Below are positions 37,180-48,228 of a stretch of DNA of 64,000 bases, one piece after another. The notes below the pieces were generated by a model. That model was not told the DNA's origin. It ran no database searches and was given only the letters and a program-made list of their open reading frames with translations. The first letter of the stretch is position 1. Each line of letters starts with the position of its first letter. The DNA is taken from the NCBI GenBank assembly GCA_030295235.1, contig AP026147.1, positions 186,001 to 250,000 of the forward strand, read 5' to 3'. This DNA is from Fistulifera solaris (lineage: Eukaryota). The position numbers were made by a program, and so were the translations under genes.

Positions 37180-37333
37180 TTAAAGGTGTCAAACAATTTT
37201 ACAAATGCGCTCGTCACTTCGAATTAATCTATGTTTTATTAGCGTAAACGCTTCCTATTCCATTTTATCCGTGTAGTATTAGGGCCGTTCTGTTAACCGC
37301 CTTCAAAACCACAAAAAGAATAAATCCCTTTTT

Positions 37334-37860
37334 CTAATCTTCCACTTGAATAATTTGTCCCCGATGATCGCGGGTTTTTTTTGGTTTCTTGGTCCACTGT
37401 CCTTCCTTGTAACTGGATCTCAATATGATTCGGGGTGGATCGGCCGGGGCATACAGCAGGGCCGAATGCCCCGACGTTTCAATCAATTCCACCTCTTTTA
37501 AAGACAGTAAATTCAATTCCAACACCATCTGTTGCGCGGTGGCATAGACGTGACGAATATTATCGCGCGAAATGCCCCGAATTTGGACCAATTCGTGTTG
37601 CTGCAACGCCTGTTGGATGCTTTGCAGTGTCTCCTCTGCTGGATCGTTTTCCGGGAGAAAGACTTGTGAGAGCGATTTCCGTGCCAATCGTCGAGCGGCT
37701 TCTTTGCGCAAGAATTTGATTTGATTGGTGTTACGGCGAACAGACGTGTCGTCGTCCAAGTTCGAGTTGTTGTGGGTGATGTGACAGAAAAGGCGTGGAG
37801 GGTCTCTGTCCAGAAGAAGAAGGGTAATATCCCGAGAAGAAAGCGAAAGGTCGATGGCAT
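37334..37860 (-). CDS. Plastid-targeted CRM/YhbY-like RNA-binding protein; frameshift near 37725
   Basis: Signal peptide plus LHA-FSV motif; QIKFLRKEA, ALQQHELVQIR and IETSGHSALLY. Confidence 0.7.
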
Positions 37861-38311
37861 ATTGTGGTCTCTGAATTATTGAATCAAGAAAGACCAGGAA
37901 GAATGGTAGATAATAGTCCAAGATGGTTCCAAAGAGTGATTGATATATTGTTCTTATTCATTTATTTCACTTTCGTTTTTTCGTTTCGTCGCATCATCGC
38001 GCGTCTCGTTTTGAACCAAAATTATATTTTGAATGGTGCGAAGGAGCGATGGTTTTCTATAGCCTCAAAGTGTAAAAACACGACTCGGTTTCAGTCACAC
38101 CTCACAACACAGCTCTAAGGGAGTTGTTGATCATCCATTGGCGCAATTGTTCTGTTTTGGCTTTAGCAATCGGTTTCATTTGTATGCAATATTCTCATTT
38201 CTATTATTGAGAGTTAACAGGTCATTGAATCTTTAGGATAAAAACTAGAGCATTTCAAACACATACATATCATAAAATAATGTACAATTCAATTTATACA
38301 ATAACACACCA

Positions 38312-38656
38312 TCACCTCCGCGTCGTATCTTGTTCAATCCGTTTCCACGCTGCCAAGGTCGCATCATTGAATTTTTGTTGGACTTGCTGCAAACAATCCC
38401 GTCCCGTAATCATCATGCGCGCCAAAATCAGTGGATCCGTTTCTTCCCGCGAGGCTTCAAATTCTTGACGGGCTTGTTGTTTCAGCAGCAAATTATACGG
38501 TTTTCCGGTAACCGGATCGGCCCAATGAAAATGTTTGGCCGTCCGCAAGATTTCGCGATACAACGACAAGGCTTCTTTGCGACGGGTCGTGTCGGTGAGA
38601 TGTTTCATCGGTTTCTCGAGTGTGTTGGCGTTGGGAATCCATATTCGTGGGGGCAT
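38312..38656 (-). CDS. LYR-motif (Complex1_LYR) mitochondrial protein
   Basis: EALSLYREILRTAKHF..ARQEFEASREETDP. Confidence 0.8.
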   Translation of the reverse strand: MPPRIWIPNANTLEKPMKHLTDTTRRKEALSLYREILRTAKHFHWADPVTGKPYNLLLKQQARQEFEASREETDPLILARMMITGRDCLQQVQQKFNDATLAAWKRIEQDTTRR

Positions 38657-39122
38657 TGTACGGAAACGCGATGATTTAAGGAATGACAAGAATGTCAACG
38701 ACAGTGCAGAGAATGAAAATGGTAAGTGAAGTTGCAACAACAAGAGCGTAAACGCAATCAAAGAAAATATAAACAAAGCGATGCGAGCGCAAGTAAAATG
38801 CGACGAGATGCGACGATGACGTCGATCGAGCGAAATGCATCAATGAATGTCTGTCCTTCGTGCTTTCGAACGGACGACGGACGGCTCGAACGGCATTGAA
38901 ATGGTACTTCGCAAGCGAGTCTCACTCAGACTATAACAATGTGTTGTACAGATGCCGAAGCGGAACAAAATTTAAAGCAAAATTTCGAACTGCGGCAAAA
39001 ACAAAAGGCTTCGGTTGCCGCACTCATCGGAATGTCATTGCCTTTTATTAGATCATACATTCCAGTTTACATTTCGACTCGGTTTGTTAATTGATCTCCA
39101 ACATTCTACCGGCAAAGTCAAC

Positions 39123-40910
39123 ATGAAATTCGCGTCCGTCGTTCGCAATGACGACGCCTCACATTTGTCGGAACGAACTCGCCTATTACGGACCGAATCA
39201 TCCTCTTCAGCAGAGAAGAATCATCAAGATGACGAATCAACCAATAGGATATTCTACTGGATCGGCGGTGGCTTACTGCTGTTCTGTGTACTCTGCTTTC
39301 CACATTCTTTTAAATCGTCCTCGGCGACGACTCATTCACCGGACGAGGCCACCATGATGCAACTCTTGCGACAGTGGGACGAATGGGGCAAGCAGAAAGC
39401 ATCGTACAACATGTGGGGGAAGAAGTACACGGACGACGACTCATCATCGTCATTGCGTCCCCAGAAATTATCGAATTCATCCACAACGACCGATGTTGTG
39501 GACGAAGAGGATGCAGAACATGCACCAAAGAAGAACAACAACTTGCATCACGCACAAGAGTGGGCGCAAGAGACATGGAAGAATGCTTCCCACGAAGCCG
39601 AACAATGGTGGCAGGATACTGACAACAACAGGCAATCGACACAAGAATGGTTTCATCACGCCTGGAATCAAACATCGCAACAAGCGCACGCAATATGGAA
39701 TCGTTTGCAACAACAAGAACAACCCCAAATTTGGTGGAATCAAACGATGCACACGGAACAGCAGTGGTGGAATCAGACCTTGCGTCATTTGCATCGGTTC
39801 GGAAGGACCGTGCAGTCGTGGTGGGGACAGGCCACTGCGGAGACGCAAAACGAAACACAAGTGTTGGGACAACAGTTTCAACAGTGGTGGGCCCAAGCCA
39901 GTCAAGTCGAACGACAATGGTGGAAGGATACCGTCCAAGCGTCCCGACAATTCGAGCAGGTTGCGGAACAGAAAACCGGTCTCTGGTGGGATGCCACCAA
40001 GGCGGTGACCGGAAAACAGTGGAATTATACCGTTCATCAAGAACACGTGTGGTGGAATGCGACGGAACGATGGTTTCATGATCATCAATTGGTGGATACG
40101 GCGGCGGACCAGCCGTTATTGTACATGAATTCATCGCAGGCGTATTCCATGCTCATGAATGGCTACGGCTGGTACGATTATTCGTCCGATTTCTTCTTGT
40201 ATCAGTCGGGATGGGATGCCCAAATCAACCAAGCTTACTGTGCGGTGGCGTCGTCGGCCGCCGTGCTCAATTCTTTGCGTGCGCAATTGACGTTGCCGAT
40301 CGATGCCATGTACGATCCCCACCCGTACGCGACACAATCTATTCTGTTGAGTGCGGACTGCGTCAATCGCAAAGTGGTCCGGTACAACGATACCTTCAAT
40401 GGTATTTTGCAATTTCCCGGTGGACTCTCGTTATCGCAGGCCCGACAATTGCTTCAATGTCACTTGGATTCGTCCATCTGGGATGTGACGATCGTTCACG
40501 TCGATCCCTCCGATACAACGACCGATCAAGTCCGAAGGGATTTACAAAGTGCACTCAAGGACCCGAATGCTCGTGTTTTGATCAACTACGATCGTCGGGG
40601 ATTGGGACAAGAGGGAGGAGGACACTTTTCGCCACTGGGTAGCTATTCACCACAGCATGACGCCTTTTTGATAATGGATGTTGCCAAATACAAATATCCT
40701 CCCGTTTGGGTCCCCACCGCTCGCTTGGTGGCGGCTATGGGAACGGTGGATGCGTGTGGGATGTGGGATTATCCGCAACAACAAGATCGATTGGCCGAAA
40801 AGGGCTTGTTGCGACCCGACTCGTCACGGTCGTTTGAGAAAGCACAGGCTATTTTGGGCTGTGAAGAACGCTTCCGGGGATATTTGATTGTGAAGCGTCA
40901 GACGGAATGA
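39123..40910 (+). CDS. Phytochelatin synthase-like enzyme with N-terminal dileucine motif, TM helix and Trp-rich repeat stalk
   Basis: Catalytic triad motifs QINQAYCAVAS, GGGHFSP and LIMDVAKYKYPPVWV; no Cys-rich C-terminal domain; ERTRLL; TM IFYWIGGGLLLFCVLCF. Confidence 0.88.
   Translation: MKFASVVRNDDASHLSERTRLLRTESSSSAEKNHQDDESTNRIFYWIGGGLLLFCVLCFPHSFKSSSATTHSPDEATMMQLLRQWDEWGKQKASYNMWGKKYTDDDSSSSLRPQKLSNSSTTTDVVDEEDAEHAPKKNNNLHHAQEWAQETWKNASHEAEQWWQDTDNNRQSTQEWFHHAWNQTSQQAHAIWNRLQQQEQPQIWWNQTMHTEQQWWNQTLRHLHRFGRTVQSWWGQATAETQNETQVLGQQFQQWWAQASQVERQWWKDTVQASRQFEQVAEQKTGLWWDATKAVTGKQWNYTVHQEHVWWNATERWFHDHQLVDTAADQPLLYMNSSQAYSMLMNGYGWYDYSSDFFLYQSGWDAQINQAYCAVASSAAVLNSLRAQLTLPIDAMYDPHPYATQSILLSADCVNRKVVRYNDTFNGILQFPGGLSLSQARQLLQCHLDSSIWDVTIVHVDPSDTTTDQVRRDLQSALKDPNARVLINYDRRGLGQEGGGHFSPLGSYSPQHDAFLIMDVAKYKYPPVWVPTARLVAAMGTVDACGMWDYPQQQDRLAEKGLLRPDSSRSFEKAQAILGCEERFRGYLIVKRQTE
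39550..40085 (+). repeat. Coding-level WW-containing, roughly 11-residue amphipathic repeat
   Basis: WWNQTMHTEQQ-WWNQTLRHLHR, WWAQASQVERQ-WWKDT and WWDATKAVTGK-QWNYTVHQEHV-WWNAT. Confidence 0.7.
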
Positions 40911-41074
40911 GTGATTGGCATTCAACGCAATAGCAATGGTTCGATTTGAAAAAAGTGATTGTGAATATTAACGTCGTGAACCGAATCCGTTAAAAATGTT
41001 AATTTTAATTGTGAATTGACCCTTGTATATTATATCTTTATTCCTTTCTTCGGATGTCGAAGAGAGTTTAGGTT

Positions 41075-41950
41075 TTACGATGTACTAGCCCTTCGGCGTC
41101 CAAACAAGAATCGTCGTGCTATCGCAATGCGTGTGAGACTTCATAGAAAAAGAACGCTCGATGTCGAATCACGTACCAGACCGAGTGGATTGACTCATCG
41201 TACTGGTGGGTGGTGCTCCACGTCCATTGAGGCGGGTTGTCACTTGCATGGGTGGAAGATAATCGGGACTTTGAAACATGGGTACTTTGGAATTATTATC
41301 TTCGGTCGTCGTGGGACGTCGTCGTGGAGGCCTTGTCGGGGTTCGTCGGGTAACGAATGCGAGTCCGTGCTGTTGGTGCGTGGGATGGGGGCACGTGCGA
41401 ACCAGCAATCATCCAAGGAATGTCCTCGTCTTCGTTCGGGGGCGGGAATTCTCGAGGAGTCCTCGTTCATGTGTTCATCAAACGGATTGATGGGAATTAT
41501 AGGAGACTCGGAGATTGTTGTTGTTGTCGGAGATGCCGACTGTTCCGTACTTATGATCGATGCTGTTCTGGATGAACCGCACAAACAACAAACAGGATTC
41601 CCATCTTCCGCATTATTCTCGTATCGACATTGCGTACAAGACCATTTGATGGTAGAGCGGTCTACTTTTGGAAGCAGTCCATTGGTATTTTGGCTATCAC
41701 TGGATTTGGTACGAAAGATTTTAGGCAATGGCACTTTGCGTTGCGTGGTCAGGGACACCTTTTTCCCCGTGTCGATGAATATCCCAGAAGTCGTCTGATC
41801 CAGTGTTCGCGCGACAATTTGGGCGGTATCGTCTTCTTCTTCAGATAAATGTGGACGCTGGGCTGCTGATGATGGAAGCCGATGGGCGCATTCATCCATA
41901 GCTGCCATTTCGTTGGAGGCTTCGTTTGAGAGTTTTTGGGAAGGGCTCAT
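41075..41950 (-). CDS. Mostly disordered protein with one RanBP2-type zinc finger (3' end uncertain)
   Basis: WSCTQCRYEN..VCCLCGSSR; the C-terminus is inferred via a probable frameshift near 41313-41315 and an intron near 41121-41176. Confidence 0.5.
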
Positions 41951-42362
41951 GAAATAAATTAACGACTTTCACAATCCTTTCCAGTAGGAGTGATAAGTAC
42001 CAGGTAAGTAAGATTCTTTATATTGCGCTCTTACAACGATTCTTGTGCTATTCAAATGCTGCTTATCATCGTCGCTCGCTTTCGGCAACCCTTCTTGGCG
42101 ATCTTGTTGGTGAAGAACGCGGAGGAGGCTCTTTTTACATTGTGGGTCATTCGCGGCATTCGGGGCTTAAATTTCCAGTTGATAATGGTCATTCTCCCAA
42201 TCCCTATTAGCGTTACTGTTACTAAAATCAAAAAAATGAGTTAGCTAGAGCTCCATCACGAAATGATTCATTCTTTGAACTAATCGAGCTGTCCTGCTAT
42301 GAAATTAACCAAGCAATTGGCCTATTTAATAAATTTTTAATAAAAATATAAATTTTTTTAAC

Positions 42363-43907
42363 TCACGCCTCGGGCTTGGCAGCACCGGGACCCGTCGGAA
42401 TGATTTCACCCGCTTCTTTCAAAACAGCCGCAAAGTATTCAATCGTTTTCTTGAGTCCTTCATCCACCGACACCTTGGGCTCCCAATCCAGCTCCCGTTT
42501 GGCGGTTTGAATATCCGGTCGGCGCTGCTGAGGATCATCCGTGGATTTAGGGAGTTTTATGATTTGCGAAGACGATTTCGTCAAGGCCTGGACGTGTTCC
42601 GCGAATTCCGCAATCGTCCATTCCGAAGGATTTCCCAAATTGACCGGTTGGGTGTAGTCGTTGTTCATGAGAGCATGCAATCCATCTACTAGATCCGAAA
42701 CATACTGGAAGGAACGAGTCTGTTTTCCGTCACCGTAAATCGTCATGTCTTTGTTCTGCAAGGCTTCAATGATGAAATTGGACACCACCCGACCATCGTT
42801 CGGGTGCATGCGGGGACCAAACGTGTTGAAGATACGGGCCACGCGAATGTCCAAACCATTCTGTTTCTGATAACTGTACATCATCGTTTCCGCGACACGT
42901 TTGCCTTCATCGTAACAGGCCCGAGGTCCGATGGTGTTGACGTGACCCCAGTAACTTTCCGGCTGTGGACTGACTTCGGGGTCTCCGTAAATTTCCGACG
43001 TGCTGCTGAGCAAAATACGAGCATGGACGCGTTTGGCGAGGCCCAACATGTTGAGTGTACCCATGACGCTGGTTTTGATCGTTTTGACGGGATTGTACTG
43101 GTAATGGGGCGGCGATGCTGGGCAAGCGAGATGGTAGATTTGATCGACTTCGAGTTGGATGGGTTCGGTGACATCATGCACAATCAAACTGGCGTGTGTA
43201 GTAAGATTAGGGAGGAACGAAATGAATGTCGTTGAGTGTTTTGCAAATAAGTAATTGCAAAATCGAACAACGAAAAGAACGCACCTGAAATTCGGATGAT
43301 GAAGCCAATGAGCAATATTCTTCTTTTGACCGGTAAAAAAGTTATCCACCACAATCACTTCATGACCTTCCATCATCAATTTATCTACGAGATGAGATCC
43401 GACGAAACCGGATCCACCCGTCACAAGAATTTTTTTGCGATGATGATCAGGAAGATAGGCCGTTTTCATGACATACGGAGTCGTCGAGGTTGGCAAGGAT
43501 TGCTTCGAAAGCACATCCCGATCTTCAAGTAGACGTTTCTCGGCTTCGGTCGTAATTTTGGCAATTGTAGTTTCCAAAGTACGCTGATCGGCCCGTAAAT
43601 AAGGATTCGAAGATTCGGCGATGGGGTAAGGATTGGCCTTGACGGATTGTTTTTCCAATTTCGGAAGACCTTGCATCGCTTTCTCAATGTCCATTTCCAC
43701 CAGCAAGACCGGCAAAACCACATAGCCCACCAAAATACCGGCACCCAGTAACGCCAGCGACTGACGACTCCACAATCCTCCTCCGCTGCGTCCTCCTTCG
43801 ACGACGCCGTGACGGCGCGTTAACGATCGCGAAGTTGCCACATTATTACTGTTGTTCGATGGACTCGAACCATGCCGACGTTCCGTCAAGGAAGTTACTC
43901 GCACCAT
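42363..43907 (-). CDS. UXS1: UDP-glucuronate decarboxylase (UDP-xylose synthase), membrane-anchored (intron 43189-43284)
   Basis: [51 protein letters not shown]-terminal TM helix. Confidence 0.95.
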   Translation of the reverse strand: MVRVTSLTERRHGSSPSNNSNNVATSRSLTRRHGVVEGGRSGGGLWSRQSLALLGAGILVGYVVLPVLLVEMDIEKAMQGLPKLEKQSVKANPYPIAESSNPYLRADQRTLETTIAKITTEAEKRLLEDRDVLSKQSLPTSTTPYVMKTAYLPDHHRKKILVTGGSGFVGSHLVDKLMMEGHEVIVVDNFFTGQKKNIAHWLHHPNFRCVLFVVRFCNYLFAKHSTTFISFLPNLTTHASLIVHDVTEPIQLEVDQIYHLACPASPPHYQYNPVKTIKTSVMGTLNMLGLAKRVHARILLSSTSEIYGDPEVSPQPESYWGHVNTIGPRACYDEGKRVAETMMYSYQKQNGLDIRVARIFNTFGPRMHPNDGRVVSNFIIEALQNKDMTIYGDGKQTRSFQYVSDLVDGLHALMNNDYTQPVNLGNPSEWTIAEFAEHVQALTKSSSQIIKLPKSTDDPQQRRPDIQTAKRELDWEPKVSVDEGLKKTIEYFAAVLKEAGEIIPTGPGAAKPEA

Positions 43908-44284
43908 TTTAGGCAGGTCGCAGCTTGTGTGGAAATGAAGGAAAGTAAGGAAACGAACCAGCTGCTTCCTCTCACTCACTTTTGTACCACTAAGTATTGT
44001 TGCGAACGTTAGCTGGAATGGTGAGAGAAATGGGCGCTGTGACTTTTTCCAGTCTTTGTTTGGACAATATACTTTCTGTCGTACAGTGATTGTTTATTTA
44101 TGGTTCGGGACACAACACATACGTCGGAGTAGCCTATTCAGTCACGGACTAAGTACAAGCATCTGATAAACAACTAGAGATAAAGAAAAACGAAGCGCGA
44201 CAGCGGGGGCAACGAAGCATTACTCCCTATGATACGAAAGAAATCGATGAATAAAGAGAGTGATAGTCTTTATCGAAACGGCTC

Positions 44285-47200
44285 CTACAAGTCCTCATCA
44301 ATGATCTCCGACGGTTTGATAATACCCGGAATAGCGCTGCGTTCTGCTTTCAACGCTTGTTCACGTTCACGAGCGGCACGTTCCTGTTCTTCCGAATACA
44401 AGGCCGAGTTATCTTCCGTACTGAATTCCTTGAGCTCGATCAAAAAATCTCGCAAATGCAACTTAAAGGTCGGTAGATCCATTTGAAGATCAAACATTCC
44501 CTCGACAAATTTGCTCACTTGACTGCGCGTGAGATTCGGAAAGCTCGTTATCAAGAGGTTGGAAATGTGACTGCGCAAGAACGCCGGATTGGTCGTTCCA
44601 GGTGGCTGCGTCGCCGGATCGAAAAGTGGCAATGTCACCTGGTTCATCTGTACCAAATGGAACATGTGCCGCAACAAGGTGGCGTGCATTTTAAAGCCGG
44701 ACTTATGCAGCCGATCCGTCATCACGGCAAAGACATCTTGAATCAGACCCAACAAATACTGCTGGTAAAATGGTTGAGCAACGCTAGGTGTTCCGCCGAC
44801 ATTTAAAAGCAATTCATGTAATACATCAAGCCCCTAGTAAAACAAGAGTGTTAGCGACACAGCAAAAAAAACGTCAAGACCACAACATAGAACGTACCGT
44901 ATCCGATATGTTGCGCTCGGTGTGTTTCATCGCCCAAACCACAGAGTGCACTACCAGCTTTTGGTGCTCCGGTGGTATGTTGAATAACGCCGGAAAACAG
45001 TGCTTGTTGATCGCTCGAAGGAATTCGAAGAAGCGGATACGGTGCTCTGGGAAATCCTCAAAGTTCTTGGTGATCATATCCAGCGTAACTTCAAAGACGG
45101 CTTCCATTATTCTGGGGACGTCTTGTAACACGTGATTCTTCAACTTTATAACCACCGTCGTGAACAATTTTAGAACTTCCGGATCTCTCGCGTCCGCAAT
45201 ATTCCGCTTGTAATCTCCAAGGATCGGATCCAGCACGGGGGGAATGAAGCCTTGCGCAACAGCAAGCGGCTCGGCTTCAGGAGGGCCGCTTTTGTCAATA
45301 AACACATTTAGTAGTCGAAGCACTTCCTTCTTCGCACTTCTCAAAGTTCGAACGAGACTCATTTTCGTGGCAATCGCACCCTGCATGGCGACCTCGGCAG
45401 ATATACGTTCCGAATAAACTTTGTAAACATTGAGCATGTCAACAAAGAACACTTTCAGTTGATGAGTAAACAGAGGTCCCGTAGCCATGCAAACCCTATT
45501 GTTCGTTTTGAGAACTTTTGTCAATTCCTTGATAGTGTTTGGATCCACAAGTGAATTGACATCGTTGCTTGCTCGTTCCATATTCGTCCGCCAGAGCTGG
45601 TTGGGAAGCTCCATCAACTTAGCTAGAAGACCTTCACGATTAATTGTGTTCGAAACACCAGTGTCACTTAACATGATTCCTACTGCTTCGTAGAAAGCTT
45701 GGACTTGATGTGATTCTAGGTCGCTGATGATGCTTGGCAGGTTATCCACCAAGTCGCAGACGAAGGGAACGCTCTCGTCGGACTGCAAAGTAACGAATTT
45801 CCGCTTGCATTTACTAGCGATCTTGAGGAAGGTATCGCATGCCATGTCTTGCACACCTGGGTGCAGCTCGTGCATAAATTCGAACAGTTTGTTCACGACG
45901 GTTTTTAAAAACTTCCAATGGGCTCTTAGGAATCGAGGGTACTGTCCGACAACGTACATGATATTTGAAGCAACAACGGCTTTGTTGTCTTTCCCCCGCT
46001 TCTGTTCACACAACCCCAAGAGATCCTTAATTACAGTGACGAGAAATCGTTTTTCTTCTTCCTCAGTCATGGCTCCCGAGATACTACCAATCGCCCAACA
46101 TAAAGTGTTAAGATTGTTCCAGCTCCATCCACTTCCATCTACCTGCTCGGTGAGTTTTGCGAGCATGATGGATTCCGTATCTTCGCATGACAAGTGCGTC
46201 AAATATACTAACGTATCGCGCATAGTATTATACTGTGCGATGACGTCCAAATCTTTCGCAGTTTCTCGTACGATATCACCGTTCTCATCTTCCACAATCA
46301 AGACTTCTTCGGGCTTGGCCATGCTCGCAATCATGACCTGACGAACCCCGTTCAAAACGGGACTGTAAAGGAACTTTCTCGAGTTCCCTTGCTGACCGCC
46401 GAAACTAGAATGACCATTCAAATTGAGTACATTCCCTCCGATTGAACCACTGTTGTTGTGCGACGAGAATTCCGACTTATACAGGCCTTCCGCAAGCATG
46501 TACCACGCTTCGAGGCAAATTCGAAAAATCTCAACATCTTTGACACTCGACACGCGAACCAAATAAAACATGCCCGTGATCAATGTTTGGTGGGATTCTG
46601 GGACCTCCATTACCAGCAAATGCGCTTTGAAGAAACCAGAAAGGAACATGGCTAGTTTTTGTATGAATATGCGATCGTCTTCAGACCCATTATCGTACGC
46701 AGGTTGCAGGTCGGTCTCTGGACTGAAGATGTCAGCCAGCCGCATCAAGAACTCCGCCAACAGTTTCCGAAACAGCGGATCATACTGGGGATCGAGTCCA
46801 CTGAGCGAACCGATTTCAGTCAAGCAGTCCAGTGCGTCGTTGCGGAAGGTTTGAACAGGAAAGAACTTGTGCACTAAAACATCAATGAGAGTTGTTTGGA
46901 AGATGAATCCAAGCGGAATCCACGTCAAAAACCGCTGCAAAGTCTGAAGTGTGACTTTCAAGAGACTAGGGAGCTGCGAATTAGATAGTACGAAATCGCA
47001 GAGTTGGTAGATCTGCGTGAACTCGCCGTTGAGCGATTCCTTCATACGCTTGACTTTTTCGGTAATCATCTGATCCTTCGAAAAGTCAAAGACTTCTTCC
47101 GACAGCAATTTTAAAATCTGCATATTGTTTTCACAGAGAACCTCGCTTGTTTTTGACGACCCGACGAGATCGGAAATGAAGGAAGGCCAATTGTGCGGCC

Positions 47201-47600
47201 ATTCATGCTTCAGAATCTCTACCAGCGTCAGGTTGAGTTTGCCGACGAGAACTCTCTCCCGGATTATGATTGCCTCATCTTGACACATGTTAATAATCTT
47301 TCCGACAACATAATTTTTTATACCGTCCTTCTGTTCGCTGGGAAGAATTTTCCACTTTGTTTTAATAACATCATCCAGAACTTGCATTCCGAAAAATCGA
47401 GACTGCGGGTTCGTCGCTTGTTCGATGATAGCGTCAGCTTTTGTCCATAACTCGGGAGCCTCTTGAAGCTGCATAAGCGTTTTATTGGCTAGTGCCCGGT
47501 TCGGGTCGATGGGATTGTATGCTGCACTAACAACTTTATCCAAGGCGGCTATTGAAAATTCGCCGCCCATGAGCGCATTGCAAGCATTTTGAACGTCCAT
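44285..47600 (-). CDS. XPO1: Exportin-1/CRM1 (intron 44834-44897)
   Basis: [61 protein letters not shown] and [10 protein letters not shown]. Confidence 0.97.
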
Positions 47601-48228
47601 CCTTCTAGCAGTTTTGCGTCTACAACAATCAGCTTCCTTTGCAGTGTTACTAGTGCGGTTTCAAATTCAACTTTGAAACGAATAAAATCAATTGCAGGCT
47701 TTACTTTTCCGACTGCTTCAAGTCCTTTTATCTTTTGCTATGAAATAGCCATCGATAACAACGCTCTGTTCGCACGCTGCGCCCTTTCTCCTTTCTTCCC
47801 TGCCACATAAATCACTCAAAACGTGCAACGGTTCCACTTCTACACACAACCGAGCTGACTCACAATTTAACTATGGCTTATCATGTGGGCAAGGTTATCC
47901 CTTTGTCTAAGTACTTCGAAGATTTGGAGGTTCACACTAACACTACTATGTGCTAAATAAATCCTTCCTATAGTAAATCAGTTAAAGTGCCATGTGTTCC
48001 TGTCCTGTCCGGAGTCGTACCGGTACACGAACAATGCACTTCCAAGAAAGATGAATTATCAGTCACGAGTCAAGATTAGCCGTCCATCGTTTTGTAGATA
48101 GATGATTCTAGAGTCCTTCATATGCGATGGTATGCTGCAACATGCATTTCTTTTATGAAATCTAATCGTGTGAAACAAACTATGAATGGCTTTATATTAT
48201 TAATCGCTTGGAATAAAAGAAGATTACC

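Noticed and set aside
3017..40910. Heavy-metal resistance cluster (MerA-like plus PCS-like)
   Set aside because: The genes are about 35 kb apart among unrelated housekeeping genes, and the MerA-like protein lacks the C-terminal Cys pair.
41016..41798. 260 aa plus-strand ORF
   Set aside because: It is antisense to the zinc-finger gene, has a non-ATG start and shows no recognisable motif.
13256..42006. Recurrent intergenic TACCWGGTA motif (about 13256, 18035, 41998)
   Set aside because: Only three copies with no shared flanks; significance cannot be shown without genome-wide counts.
45990..46025. Leptomycin-B-resistant XPO1 variant
   Set aside because: The target Cys is present ([10 protein letters not shown]), so the gene is ordinary.
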